57,376 bases of DNA from a virus (taxonomy: Duplodnaviria > Caudoviricetes). Where the stretch lies: the IMG/VR virus record IMGVR_UViG_3300023197_000044, positions 1 through 57,376 of that record; one strand, written 5' to 3'. How positions within the stretch are numbered: the stretch's first letter is position 1; each line of letters starts with the position of its first letter. Below the pieces are notes generated by a model. It searched no databases, was not told the origin of the DNA, and was given only the letters and a program-made list of their open reading frames with translations. Positions 1-9,508 of the stretch are shown piece by piece. The position numbers were made by a program, and so were the translations under genes.

Positions 1-10
1 CCCCACAGTC

Positions 11-45
11 AAAACCCGCCACCCCTGGGGGACGAGGGATGGCGG
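11..45 (-). terminator. Probable intrinsic terminator downstream of tRNA-Phe
   Basis: Minus strand CCGCCATCCCT...AGGGGTGGCGG stem followed by GTTTT. Confidence 0.55.
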
Positions 46-53
46 AGAGAAGG

Positions 54-126
54 TGGCCAGGGGCAGATTCGAACTGCCGACACACGGCTTTTCAGGCCGT
101 TGCTCTACCACCTGAGCTACCTGGCC
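54..126 (-). tRNA. tRNA-Phe(GAA), intact copy at the left junction
   Basis: Acceptor GGCCAGG/CCTGGCC, D arm GCTC..GAGC, anticodon loop CTGAAAA, T loop TTCGAAT. Confidence 0.96.
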
Positions 127-127
127 C
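77..127 (+). repeat. att core, left copy (51 bp; 5' two-thirds of tRNA-Phe)
   Basis: CCGACACACGGCTTTTCAGGCCGTTGCTCTACCACCTGAGCTACCTGGCCC is identical to 57270-57320. Confidence 0.97.
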
Positions 128-186
128 TGTACGTTTGTGGGCGTTCAGGCCCGATTCTGTGAAGAAGATCGACCCTGATTTTGCCC

Positions 187-208
187 ATGGGCAAATAATG
201 GTAAAAAC
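187..208 (+). repeat. Putative integrase arm-type site (ATGGGCAAATAATGGTAAAAAC)
   Basis: Identical 22-mer at 57137-57158 and a variant at 57064; all lie just inside the att cores. Confidence 0.7.
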
Positions 209-375
209 GGCTTTCCAAAACGGCCCTCAGCGCCGTCTAAGCGGGGTACCCCCGAATTTGCCTTTTTACCAGCCATGGGCCTCTGTCGGGCTCGATTTCC
301 CATCTATTACGCTCTCTGGAATTTGCCGACGTGGGATCTGTTTCCCAAGTCGGGTCTCGTTTTTTCTAATTTCCT

Positions 376-1605
376 CTAAGGTTCAGTTGCCGCACCCGGC
401 TTCGCCCCTGCACCGTGCCGCGAGTCGAAGAACCCGAATCCCTCGACCTTCTCAGCGAACTTCCGGTAGCGATCTCCCATGTTGCGGTCGAGCGCCCCAG
501 GCGACACGTGCATGTACCGCTCCGTCACCGTAAGGGAGGAGTGTCCCATAACGTGCTTGATCGTCACTGCGTCGTAGCCCAACATCGCAAGCCACGACGC
601 GAAGGTGTGCCGGGTGGCTCCGTACAGGTCCATGTCGTCGTCCACGCCCTTGGCGTCTTCGATGTAGGACTTCACGTTGCGGGACAGGGTGCGGGTGCAG
701 AACGTCTCGCTCCGTGAGCCGGAGAACAGGTAGTCCGGGTCTCGCTTGCCCTCCATCGCGTCGGCAGCGACCTTTTCAGCCATCGCGCACATGGGCACCT
801 CGCGCCCGCGTCCCTTGTTACCGTCGAGAACGGGGGCCTTCACCCTACCCATTTCAAAGTTGATGTCCCCAACCTTGAGCTTCTGGATCTCCGAGGGGCG
901 CATTCCGGTTGCGGTCCCAAATTTGAGGATTGGCAAGATCCAGATGATTTCGTTCTCCTGGAGGCCGCTACGGCTCCCGTTCTCAACCCTCGCCTCGTAG
1001 TCCTCCCGGATCTCCTTTACCAGGGCGGCCCACTCGCTCGGCTCCAGGTACGAGGCCGTCTTGTCGCGCACCCTCGGCTTGCTTAGGGCCGACATTGGAT
1101 TGTCCGACTCCAGGATTAGGTCCTCCTCTTCCATCCACGCAAAGGCGGCGTGCAGGCGTGAGTACAGCGACTTCCGGTACGAGTCACTAAGCTCCTGGCG
1201 GTACACGTAGCCCTTCACGTCGTCCTCAGTGATACCGCCCGCCATTGGGCTCTCCTCTACGTAGTCGGACTGGAACTCCCGGAGCGTCACCCGAATGGTG
1301 CGCCTCGTGTTGTCGGTGATCCCTTCCCGTTCGATGTACCTGTCCAGGGCCTCGTCGAACGACACGCTCTCTCGCTTCTCCTTCGGTTCCCAGGGGTCGT
1401 AGGCGCCCCGCATGTAGGGGTCATGGTACTCCTGGTAGAATGTGCCCGCAACAGAGGCAGGGACCTCATCTACGGGGTTCTCCAGGTCCTCCTCAATCAC
1501 AACTCCCAGGTAGACCTTCTTTTGTGACGGGCTCCGGTGCGGGTCGTAAAAGTAGGCGTACAGAGACCCGTTGCTTCGCTGGCGCAACTTCGGCGATCTC
1601 GGCAT
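376..1605 (-). CDS. int: Tyrosine recombinase / phage integrase
   Basis: TGMRPSEI (catalytic R), TRHTFAS, MGHSS and TERYMH (catalytic Y); adjacent to att. Start taken at ATG 1605. Confidence 0.95.
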   Translation of the reverse strand: MPRSPKLRQRSNGSLYAYFYDPHRSPSQKKVYLGVVIEEDLENPVDEVPASVAGTFYQEYHDPYMRGAYDPWEPKEKRESVSFDEALDRYIEREGITDNTRRTIRVTLREFQSDYVEESPMAGGITEDDVKGYVYRQELSDSYRKSLYSRLHAAFAWMEEEDLILESDNPMSALSKPRVRDKTASYLEPSEWAALVKEIREDYEARVENGSRSGLQENEIIWILPILKFGTATGMRPSEIQKLKVGDINFEMGRVKAPVLDGNKGRGREVPMCAMAEKVAADAMEGKRDPDYLFSGSRSETFCTRTLSRNVKSYIEDAKGVDDDMDLYGATRHTFASWLAMLGYDAVTIKHVMGHSSLTVTERYMHVSPGALDRNMGDRYRKFAEKVEGFGFFDSRHGAGAKPGAATEP

Positions 1606-1628
1606 GGGGAGGAGGATAGGGGGCAAAT

Positions 1629-1660
1629 AAAAAAGGGCGACCGCCGTTAAGCAGCCGCCC
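1629..1660 (-). terminator. Intrinsic terminator between the replication operon and integrase
   Basis: Minus strand GGGCGGCTGC-TTAACG-GCGGTCGCCC followed by TTTTTT. Confidence 0.8.
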
Positions 1661-1689
1661 TGTGAATGAAGAATCCTTGTGCTCGGTTC

Positions 1690-2181
1690 CTATGAGATCC
1701 CGAGCACATGATCCCGAATCGTGTTCGCCAAAAGCAGTTCGGCGTCGGTGAACTCGCACCCGTCCTCCTGTATCTTCTGAGTGAGTAAGTTATTTGCAGC
1801 GACCAGAAGATCACTCTCGTCGTCCGGGTCGATGTCGAACATCCGTGCGGCTCTCTGCTTCTGCCGGTCCCGAATCCAACGCTTCACGAAGCGCAGTTCT
1901 CTCTTCTTTGCCGTTAGGGCCTTGACTGCTTGTCTTCTCCACTTGTGGTACTTTTCAGGGGGAAGGCGGTTGCCCTCGTCGTCTGTCTTGTTCGGCTCAG
2001 AGAGTTGGTACTGGATCGCCTCAATATCGTCCTGGAGTGTAGCCTTTCGCTCTCTCGCCTCTTCTATAGTTGAGGGCGGGTCGAACTTTATGTCATCCTG
2101 CTCGGTCGCATCTGCCTCCTTTTCGGCGGTCATAGCTGAGGTGACTGGTTGATTGGGCTGTCTTTTGGTGGAGTGCATCAT
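1690..2181 (-). CDS. Hypothetical phage protein (true start probably ATG 2133)
   Basis: Acidic, coiled-coil-like ORF in the operon. Confidence 0.7.
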   Translation of the reverse strand: MMHSTKRQPNQPVTSAMTAEKEADATEQDDIKFDPPSTIEEARERKATLQDDIEAIQYQLSEPNKTDDEGNRLPPEKYHKWRRQAVKALTAKKRELRFVKRWIRDRQKQRAARMFDIDPDDESDLLVAANNLLTQKIQEDGCEFTDAELLLANTIRDHVLGIS

Positions 2182-2193
2182 ATATAATAGGAA

Positions 2194-2880
2194 TTAGAAT
2201 TTGCGAATGTGCTCGCCACGCTCACCGAGTTCGGCAAATTCCTCGACCTCTTCAAGCTCCTTGATCCTTCCGCCCACTTCTCGGGCCTTCTCCGCGATCT
2301 CGGCCTCTTCGGCGGGGCTATTAGCGCTCCCGTAACCATCCCGAAGCTGTTTGTATTGCTTACGAAGGCGAGCAAGCTCTTTCAGGGCGTCCCGGATCGC
2401 AGACTTATCCAAGCTCGTGCGAGTGAACTCCTCGGACACATCCTCCGGGCCGGTTCCGGGGGAGATGTCAACGCTTCGACGCCCACCATTTGACTGTCTG
2501 CGGAACCGAAAGTTGTCACCCTCGACACGCTCCTTGCCGAGTTCACGGAGGTAGACCATAAGGCGCTCCTTCATCTTGTCCCGGTTGCGCTGGAGGGCCT
2601 TGCGCCGGGACCGGAGGTTCTTCTTCATGTCCTTAATCGGTTGCTCACGGCCCTTCACGGCTTCGATCTCCTGCTCCAGTTCGGTCATTACCGCACCGTA
2701 GCCGTCAATCTTCTTCTCGACAGAGCCCTCAAGCGTCAGTAGCTTGTCGAGTGCCGCGTCGTGACGGGCGTCCAGTTCGTCGGTGACCTCGCCGTCGTTG
2801 TCGATGATCTCTTGCTCAACGGCGCGAAGCTCGTCGAGCACATCCTTCTGCGTTACCATAATTTCTGTGAGAGTAGACAT
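2194..2880 (-). CDS. Siphovirus Gp157-family protein
   Basis: Coiled coil KKIDGYGAVMTELEQEIEAVK...KERLMVYL..LGKERVEGDNFRF, typical of Sipho_Gp157. Confidence 0.8.
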   Translation of the reverse strand: MSTLTEIMVTQKDVLDELRAVEQEIIDNDGEVTDELDARHDAALDKLLTLEGSVEKKIDGYGAVMTELEQEIEAVKGREQPIKDMKKNLRSRRKALQRNRDKMKERLMVYLRELGKERVEGDNFRFRRQSNGGRRSVDISPGTGPEDVSEEFTRTSLDKSAIRDALKELARLRKQYKQLRDGYGSANSPAEEAEIAEKAREVGGRIKELEEVEEFAELGERGEHIRKF

Positions 2881-2934
2881 ACTGTTGGTTGTCTTCGTGT
2901 GAATAGAGTGACTGCCCGGTAGGGCAGGGTGGTG

Positions 2935-3465
2935 CTACACCATTGCCTCTTTCTCGGCTTCCGTATCGCGCTCCAGGGCATCCTCCTGGGTGAACTCCTC
3001 CGGGAAGCGCTCACGGAGCTTACGGTTGTTCGCCTGCATGATCTCCAGGAGGGAGGTGTCCAGGGCGTCGGCGAGGCGGGCGGCGTAGTAAAGGATGTCG
3101 CCAAGCTCCTCTTTCAAGTTCTCCTCATCCGGCTCCTCCCCCTCTGCGAGTACGGCACGGAAGCTCTCCATAACCTCGCCGCCCTCCGTTCCGAGCCCGA
3201 GTACGGCGTGCAGCATGTCCCAGGTCTCTTCGTCGAGTTCCCCCAGGATGTAATCCTCGCCCCCGGCACCGCGCAGCACCCTTGCATTGTCGTCTCCGTA
3301 GAAAAGGGCTCGCTTGTGCTCGTCGAGGCGACCGTCGAGAACCTGATCGGCCTTCGTTAGGTCCCTCACAAGCTCCTCACCACGCGAAAGGGCAGGATGG
3401 GGGTCAGTGGTCCAGGTGCGTCGTCCCTGTTTCTGGAAGTCCTGTGCGTCGCTTACGTTATCCAT
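2935..3465 (-). CDS. MazG-like nucleotide pyrophosphohydrolase
   Basis: GLGTEGGEV...EELGDILYY...ANNRKLRERFP motif. Confidence 0.88.
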   Translation of the reverse strand: MDNVSDAQDFQKQGRRTWTTDPHPALSRGEELVRDLTKADQVLDGRLDEHKRALFYGDDNARVLRGAGGEDYILGELDEETWDMLHAVLGLGTEGGEVMESFRAVLAEGEEPDEENLKEELGDILYYAARLADALDTSLLEIMQANNRKLRERFPEEFTQEDALERDTEAEKEAMV

Positions 3466-3471
3466 GGTTGT

Positions 3472-3912
3472 CTAATTTCTCCTTGTTTGAAGTGTAATGG
3501 CACGCTCGATTAGGTCCAGCGTGTGTTCTTTGAAGAGGTCGTCCGGCACTGTCCTGATGAGAACGAAGCCGTGCAGGGCCACCTCGTTGTATTTCTCAAC
3601 ATCCTTCATAAACCCGGAGCCCCGTGTGTGTCCGCCGCGTGTCCAGACGCCACCCTCTACCTCCACGGCTACCCTCTCGTCGGGCCATGCGTAGTCGATC
3701 CGCCACTTTCGCGTATCGTGGAACTGGTGCTCGGGCTCAGGGCAGGGAAGTCCGCGCCCCTGGAGCAGCCCGCAAAACTTCCGTCGACGGGCGCGTTTCT
3801 TCTTCTTTCGCGCTTCTCGCTTCGCAGCCTTCACCTGTTTCTCGGCGTCAGTATCTTTGCGCCTGCGGTTGCGCCGCTTCGCTTCACGTAGCTGCTCCTT
3901 GGGGGACTTCAT
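3472..3912 (-). CDS. PD-(D/E)xK endonuclease (Vsr/DUF559-like phage nuclease)
   Basis: EHQFHDTRKWRIDYAWPDERVAVEVEGGVW...DVEKYN; start taken at MKSPKE. Confidence 0.78.
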   Translation of the reverse strand: MKSPKEQLREAKRRNRRRKDTDAEKQVKAAKREARKKKKRARRRKFCGLLQGRGLPCPEPEHQFHDTRKWRIDYAWPDERVAVEVEGGVWTRGGHTRGSGFMKDVEKYNEVALHGFVLIRTVPDDLFKEHTLDLIERAITLQTRRN

Positions 3913-3916
3913 CTGC

Positions 3917-4600
3917 TTAGGCGGGATCGTTCTGTTGGTTGTCGTCACCAAACAAGGACCCGAATTGCGCCTCACGCTGCAACCGCTTATCCCGGTGCTC
4001 CACGTCTAAATCTTCGAGGCGATCACCGGCCCCGAGCCAACGAATGATCCTCCGTGCCGGGGCGAGCTTGCCCTGATCTACGACGAGGCGAAGCCCGAAG
4101 CCGAAGTCCCTTTCCTGGCACTTCGAGCGGAACTTGTCCCCGGAGATCCCGCCGATGATCCTCATGGATTCCAGGTCGTCGCCGTAGATGAGGACGTAGA
4201 TGTCGGCGCCGGGGATGCGGTTCGGGTCGTAGCGCATGTCCCATGTCGGATCTCCGATCCAGGAGGCGTTCAGCGTCACATCCCGATACACCGGGAAGGA
4301 GTTCTCGTCAAGCTCGCCGGTTGGCACCTCGACCTCGACGTGCTTGCCCTCGTTACCGCCCAGCTTGATCTCCCTGTCCGGATCGACGCCCAGGGCCTTG
4401 GCGAGGGCGTATTCGGCTGCGAAAGCCATTACGTGCCCGTCTGTGCCGTACTGGTGGTCGGCCTCAAGCTGCGTGTCACTGTAAATGCCGGACGCCTCTT
4501 TCGCCCCCCGCCTTGATGATCCGATCTGAATGATCTCTTCTTGCTCCTCTTCGTCGATGTGGACTGGAACCCAGGCCGAGTCTGTGTTGAGCTTTTTCAT
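3917..4600 (-). CDS. Hypothetical phage protein (possible nuclease fold)
   Basis: Start MKKLNTD overlaps the dNMP kinase stop (ATGA coupling). Confidence 0.65.
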   Translation of the reverse strand: MKKLNTDSAWVPVHIDEEEQEEIIQIGSSRRGAKEASGIYSDTQLEADHQYGTDGHVMAFAAEYALAKALGVDPDREIKLGGNEGKHVEVEVPTGELDENSFPVYRDVTLNASWIGDPTWDMRYDPNRIPGADIYVLIYGDDLESMRIIGGISGDKFRSKCQERDFGFGLRLVVDQGKLAPARRIIRWLGAGDRLEDLDVEHRDKRLQREAQFGSLFGDDNQQNDPA

Positions 4601-5244
4601 TGGGCCTTGCGCTTGAGTGAGATGTTTGCGAGAAGTGCGTCTGCCGTCGTTTCGAGGTCGTCCAGCGAGCCGTTGTTGTCGACGAACCATTCTGGGATCA
4701 CCGAGGCGATTGCGCCTTCGCTGGCATGGGCATCGGCCCCGTCCCAGGAGCAGCCGTCGCGCTGCACACGGATGATGCTGCCGCCGTGCCAGCGAACCGC
4801 CTTGACCTCGTTGGGGAACCGCACGTCGTCGATCATAGCGATCTTGCCCATGCTGCGGGCCTTGCGGGCCTTGTTGATCGTGAGGCCGAGCCAGATGTCC
4901 TCGCCGACGACCTCCCGGCCCCACTCGGTTCCGAGCGTTTGCATGAGGGACCGTGAGGTGATGCCCTCGACGGGGAAGGGGGCAAGCTCCTCCTCCTTCC
5001 GGCTACCGTCAATGAACTCGTCGACCGGCTCAACACCGGCTTCCATGAGTAGCTGCCCGACCATGCGCTTGATCGGTCCCGCGAAGCGCATACGGTGCGC
5101 CATGCTGGGGTTATTGAGGCAAGACTGAATCGCCCTGGCGAGACTGGACTTCCCCGAGCCCTTCGGCCCGATAATCCCGAGTAAGAGTGGCATTGCCTTC
5201 CCCGAATAGGGAGAGAGCTTTGCGCTGAGTCCTGTGCGTTCCAT
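4597..5244 (-). CDS. Deoxynucleoside monophosphate kinase
   Basis: P-loop GPKGSGKS, FAGPIK, RSLMQTLGTEWGR, IDDVRFPNE. Confidence 0.92.
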   Translation of the reverse strand: MERTGLSAKLSPYSGKAMPLLLGIIGPKGSGKSSLARAIQSCLNNPSMAHRMRFAGPIKRMVGQLLMEAGVEPVDEFIDGSRKEEELAPFPVEGITSRSLMQTLGTEWGREVVGEDIWLGLTINKARKARSMGKIAMIDDVRFPNEVKAVRWHGGSIIRVQRDGCSWDGADAHASEGAIASVIPEWFVDNNGSLDDLETTADALLANISLKRKAQ

Positions 5245-5303
5245 GGTGTCTGGTTGTCTACTGAAAAAGGTAGGGGCTGGTAGGCCCCCGTGAAATGAGT
5301 TGC

Positions 5304-6464
5304 CTATGCCACAGCAGCTTGAAGCTCCTCGTCCTGATCGAACTCCTCAAGCTCTTCACCGGGCTGGAGGTACATGAGGGCGACAGCGCCACGCACTTCC
5401 GGCGTCTCCCCCTCGATGCGAACCCTCGTGGGCTCCTCCTCAATCGGAATGAACATCGACATGGATCGGCCCTTCATCGGCTTCACCACCTCAAGCATCC
5501 GGTCGGCGCTGCACTTGAGGCGCATCCGACCCATTTCGACAGTCTCAACGGGCACTGTGTAGGACGCGGAACCTCCCTCGCCCTCCGTCGCGCTCACGGT
5601 GAGCTTGTCGCCGTCGAAGTCGAGGAATACGCTACTGAAATCCTCCGTGTACTCCTGGCAAATCCGTAGCCCGGTCTCGAAGTCGTCAGAGGGCATCTTG
5701 AACTCCTGGGTGTTCTTCCGGTCGGGCATGATCGCCGGGTAATTCGGGTACTTCTCGGCGACGAGGCGGGCGCAGACAGCGCCGACCTCTGACACGAAAC
5801 TCGCCTCGCGCTCCCCCAGGTACAGGTTCACCGCCTGGTCTCCGTCAAGGATCGTGCGGATCTGCTTGAGGGCCTGCGCCGGGACAATCGACTCCCCGGA
5901 GAAGTTTTCCGCATCGCCCGCCTCGCCCATCTCGACCTCGACGAGGGAGGTGGTGTTGCATCCCACACACCGGATGCTGCCAGGGGAGTGGCGGTCGCCA
6001 ATGTAGATCCCGGCGAAGCGCTGGTTAGGGGCGTTGTCGTCAACGGCGCTTTCTGCCTGCTTGAGGGCGTCGGACAACCCACCCTCGTCCTCCAGGAGCA
6101 CCGGGTCGGCCTCTTGCTCCGGGAAGTCGATGAAGTCCTCGCCGTCGAGGCACGTGTGCTGAACCTCAATCGGCCCGCTGATCTCCAGGCCGCGCCTGCC
6201 CACGTCGAGAGTGAGTTCGCCGTTTACGCGACGGATCGCGCCGAGCAAGGGGGTAGGGTCGAAGAGCATCCGAACCGGCTTTTGGGCCTCGCGGGACACC
6301 AGGGCAAGCGTGTGGCTCATCTGGTTAAAGGAGCGGAGCCAAACACCCTTCGGCCCCATCTCCATGCAGACCTTCTGGTACATGAGGCCCATGCCCCGAT
6401 TCATCGTCCCGTCCTTGACGAAGGACAGCCGCTCATAGAATGTCTTTGCGTCAATCTTAATCAT
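5304..6464 (-). CDS. dnaN: DNA polymerase III beta sliding clamp homologue
   Basis: ~386 aa; DGEDFIDFP, ARLVAEKYPNYPAIMP and a C-terminal ALM motif; start refined to ATG 6464 using the shared leader motif. Confidence 0.85.
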   Translation of the reverse strand: MIKIDAKTFYERLSFVKDGTMNRGMGLMYQKVCMEMGPKGVWLRSFNQMSHTLALVSREAQKPVRMLFDPTPLLGAIRRVNGELTLDVGRRGLEISGPIEVQHTCLDGEDFIDFPEQEADPVLLEDEGGLSDALKQAESAVDDNAPNQRFAGIYIGDRHSPGSIRCVGCNTTSLVEVEMGEAGDAENFSGESIVPAQALKQIRTILDGDQAVNLYLGEREASFVSEVGAVCARLVAEKYPNYPAIMPDRKNTQEFKMPSDDFETGLRICQEYTEDFSSVFLDFDGDKLTVSATEGEGGSASYTVPVETVEMGRMRLKCSADRMLEVVKPMKGRSMSMFIPIEEEPTRVRIEGETPEVRGAVALMYLQPGEELEEFDQDEELQAAVA

Positions 6465-6516
6465 GTTGTGGTTGTCTTTTGAGTGGGGGGGTGTGGCGAG
6501 GTAACGCCACCGAAAT

Positions 6517-6822
6517 CTATCGAAGCTCCCGAGTGACCTCTTCCCAGGCTTGCGCATACATCGCCTCGTTCTCCAGCCTATGCTCGTGCAGCCCCCGGTG
6601 ATGGGCGACTGTCGAGTGATCCATGTCCAGGGCGCCCGCTACGTCTTGCAGGGTGTGCCCGACGTATCGGGTCGTCCACACCATAGCGATAGCGCGGGCC
6701 TGAACGGCTCGCCAGTGGCGGGTTTTTGCCAGGGCTGCGCGGTAGGGGATGCTAAAGGCCCGAGCGGAGGTGAGAAGCGTTTCCTCAACCGCCTCCGTGG
6801 GATCTTTCATCTTACGTGTCAT
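6517..6822 (-). CDS. Stand-alone DnaA domain IV-like HTH protein
   Basis: ARAIAMVWTTRYVGHTLQDVAGALDMDHSTVAH resembles the DnaA C-terminal RQIAMYL...SL..IG..FG.RDHTTV.H signature. Confidence 0.75.
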   Translation of the reverse strand: MTRKMKDPTEAVEETLLTSARAFSIPYRAALAKTRHWRAVQARAIAMVWTTRYVGHTLQDVAGALDMDHSTVAHHRGLHEHRLENEAMYAQAWEEVTRELR

Positions 6823-7502
6823 GCTCTTAGTAGTCCTTTGCTGAAAAGATTGTGGTTGTCTTCGTGCCCTCGCCAACGGCGGAAGTCCTCGTTGTCCACG
6901 ACAAGAACAGCGTCGTGGTAACGAGCGCCGTCTACCTCACCCTCCTGGATTGCCAGTCCAAGGTCAGAGCGCTCCCCCTTCGACCCCACAACTGACCCGA
7001 TGGGGCGGAAGGCGGGGCAGGGATGTAGACCCTGCGTGTACGCCTGGGTGCCGGTGAAAATGCGCTTTTGGTAGACCGGGCGCCCCATCCGAAGCGCACG
7101 CCGCACATCGTTCACCAAGAACTCCGTGTAGACGTTACCGTCTATCGAGCCGCGCTGCTGATTGAGCAGGAGTTCCATGTTCTCTTCGCGGACGGGAACG
7201 ATATCCCACCCCGCTGCCTGCCCTCTCGCGGTACTTGCGGTCTCCTTCCCAAGCTGGGCTCGCTCGACGCCTATTCGGATCGTGGTCGTGTAGGTCCGTG
7301 CCATGTTGACCTCGTAGCTCAGGTCCTCTACTGGCACAACCGGCATCCAGCCTTCGAACGCCTCATTCCACACAACACGGTCGCCCTCAGATGACAGGGG
7401 GCCGGTGCGGATTGCATCCTCGACCGTACCCACGGTGGAGGACTTAATGTGGGCGGCATCACCCACCCCAATGAGTCGAAGATCCTTTGGAGGGCGTATC
7501 AT
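6819..7502 (-). CDS. Hypothetical phage protein
   Basis: ORF translationally coupled to both neighbours. Confidence 0.7.
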   Translation of the reverse strand: MIRPPKDLRLIGVGDAAHIKSSTVGTVEDAIRTGPLSSEGDRVVWNEAFEGWMPVVPVEDLSYEVNMARTYTTTIRIGVERAQLGKETASTARGQAAGWDIVPVREENMELLLNQQRGSIDGNVYTEFLVNDVRRALRMGRPVYQKRIFTGTQAYTQGLHPCPAFRPIGSVVGSKGERSDLGLAIQEGEVDGARYHDAVLVVDNEDFRRWRGHEDNHNLFSKGLLRA

Positions 7503-9145
7503 CTGCGCACCTCCCGGCTCACAGTCCGCCGAGCGGACTTGAACCGGCCCTCAAGCTCGCGCTCCCGCATTGGGGGCTCGCACTTCTCATTAACGTCTTT
7601 CAGTTTGCGCCATGCCTTGCGCTCGCCGTGCTCCCGGAGGAGTTGGCATCCTGCCATAAACAGGAGCTTCGAGCGCCCACGGTGGAGCTTGTCGCCTTTG
7701 TCCCACCAGACGACACCCTCTGCGCAGCCCTCCATGGCGCGGTTCATTACGCCGCTCTGTTTTGGTTTGCCCGAGGCTTTCTTCGCCTCGCCAAAGGAGG
7801 GGATGGTAGCCTTGCGCGTCGTGTCCATCGCTCCGACCATTGCCTCGACGAGGCTCGGTACTGCGGCTATCGACATCGGCTGAACGTGCCCAATATCGTA
7901 AAGCGAGTGCGTCTTTGACTCGTTGAGGACGTGCTGGAGCGTCATGTTCTCCGCTGAGAACTCCTTCGCGTCCCAGGCGGTCACGTGGTACCCGTTCGCC
8001 CGGACACTCCCGATCAGGCGAATGTTCTGCCTGGGATCACACGTCGAGAGGTCAACGTCCTCATCGGCTACCGCTTCGCAGAAGCGCCTAAGTATGCGTT
8101 CCGCCTCTGCGGAGTTGGCAAAGACGGGGGCGCCCGCCATTCCACTCGGAATGCGGATATGGAACCCCTTCTTGCCTGAGAAGGACACGTGGACCTTCTC
8201 CAGAGGGGCGCCGAGGTTGCCCAGCCGATCAACGATCCGTCGTGCGACCTCCCACGCCTCCCAAAGGTCTTCTCTGTCGATGTCGAACGTGATCCAGGGC
8301 ACCGCCTGGGCTTTGTTCGCAAGGCCCTCTTCGCCCTGTCTCCAGGCTCCTATTGTCGTGAAGCGAACGCCGTTCGCTCCGGTGCTTGCCACTTGACGGG
8401 ACCAGCCGAAGATGTTGCCGTAGTTGCCCCGTCCGTACTTCGACAGGCTCGTGACGACCTCGCCCTCAGTAAAAACAGTGGGATTGTCGGCTACGAATGC
8501 CTCGCCGATCACGTCAACCACGTTCGTAAGGCCCTCGCCAGCGCCGTAGACTTCTTCGTCCGGCGCTGCCCCGGAGTGAAGGAGACGAGCCCCGGTGTAG
8601 CGACACTGCGGAAGCTCCTCCGCAGCCCCGGCGAGGAACGTCCCCTCGAAGCTCCACACGTAGCCGAAGCATCGGTTGCCGTGCGGGTGCTCTACGCGCC
8701 GTAGCCAGCCGTCGTCTTCCAGGCGACCTACGGCCTTGCGCATCCGGTCATAAAAGCGGTCGAAGGTGTCCCCGTCCCCGTCCTGATGAAACCAGCGCTG
8801 CCACAGGTCCCGCGCAATGCGCTCAATGGAGAGGATGAATGTACCCTTCGGCTTGGTGTACTCCCCGAAGCCCTGGAATTTCACCACGCGCTCGGACGTG
8901 TCCCGGACTTTCTCCTCGAACAAGAGGCGGGCGAGTACAGCGCACTCGATCCGGGCACCCATGTGAGTGAAGAGCCCAATCTTCTCTGCGACCACCTCTG
9001 GCAGGGCCAAAAACGCCGAGGGGTTGTTGCCTGTCTTGTCGTATCCTCTTTGCTGTAGCTTCTTAAATGTATCCTTGTCAATCGGCGCACTTGCCTCCAG
9101 ATAGGAGGGGAACCCGCCTTCCTGCGTTGCCTGCTTAGTAGTCAT
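7499..9145 (-). CDS. Replication protein with archaeo-eukaryotic primase (AEP/prim-pol) domain and PriCT-like C-terminus
   Basis: ITFDID (DxD), SFSGKKGFHIRI (SGxKGxH), IRL and a C-terminal NEKCEPPMRERELE. Confidence 0.85.
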   Translation of the reverse strand: MTTKQATQEGGFPSYLEASAPIDKDTFKKLQQRGYDKTGNNPSAFLALPEVVAEKIGLFTHMGARIECAVLARLLFEEKVRDTSERVVKFQGFGEYTKPKGTFILSIERIARDLWQRWFHQDGDGDTFDRFYDRMRKAVGRLEDDGWLRRVEHPHGNRCFGYVWSFEGTFLAGAAEELPQCRYTGARLLHSGAAPDEEVYGAGEGLTNVVDVIGEAFVADNPTVFTEGEVVTSLSKYGRGNYGNIFGWSRQVASTGANGVRFTTIGAWRQGEEGLANKAQAVPWITFDIDREDLWEAWEVARRIVDRLGNLGAPLEKVHVSFSGKKGFHIRIPSGMAGAPVFANSAEAERILRRFCEAVADEDVDLSTCDPRQNIRLIGSVRANGYHVTAWDAKEFSAENMTLQHVLNESKTHSLYDIGHVQPMSIAAVPSLVEAMVGAMDTTRKATIPSFGEAKKASGKPKQSGVMNRAMEGCAEGVVWWDKGDKLHRGRSKLLFMAGCQLLREHGERKAWRKLKDVNEKCEPPMRERELEGRFKSARRTVSREVRR

Positions 9146-9210
9146 GCACAAATGCCAGATCCCCACCGCCCCGCCTGGTAGGGCAGGGAAGCGGGTCCGG
9201 GCGGATATGA

Positions 9211-9456
9211 TTACTTGCCAGTGTCGGTGCCTGCGTCCTCTTCGTCAGGAAACAGGGCTCCCTCTTCGGCGGGTACCTCATCGGCGGTATCCCCCTCAGA
9301 AGGGGCGTCGTCTGTGGACGCCTCAAGGCCGCGCTCGTACGCCTCGTCGATCTTGTCCTCGACGTAGGCGACCGTCTTGGATACATTGAAGAGCCGCGAC
9401 TTCACGGCCCGCTCAATGTGATGTGTTTGCGGGTGTGGACACTTGCGTTCACTCAT
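9211..9456 (-). CDS. Small acidic hypothetical protein
   Basis: Preceded by the shared hairpin (9490-9507) and TAAGACAACC motif. Confidence 0.65.
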   Translation of the reverse strand: MSERKCPHPQTHHIERAVKSRLFNVSKTVAYVEDKIDEAYERGLEASTDDAPSEGDTADEVPAEEGALFPDEEDAGTDTGK

Positions 9457-9508
9457 TGGCTTGGGTTGTCTTAGTGAGGGAATTATGGGCTGGGGGAGTA
9501 GCCCCAGG

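Noticed and set aside
39-533. 164-aa plus-strand ORF
   Set aside because: Runs antisense across tRNA-Phe, att and the integrase end; no recognisable motifs.
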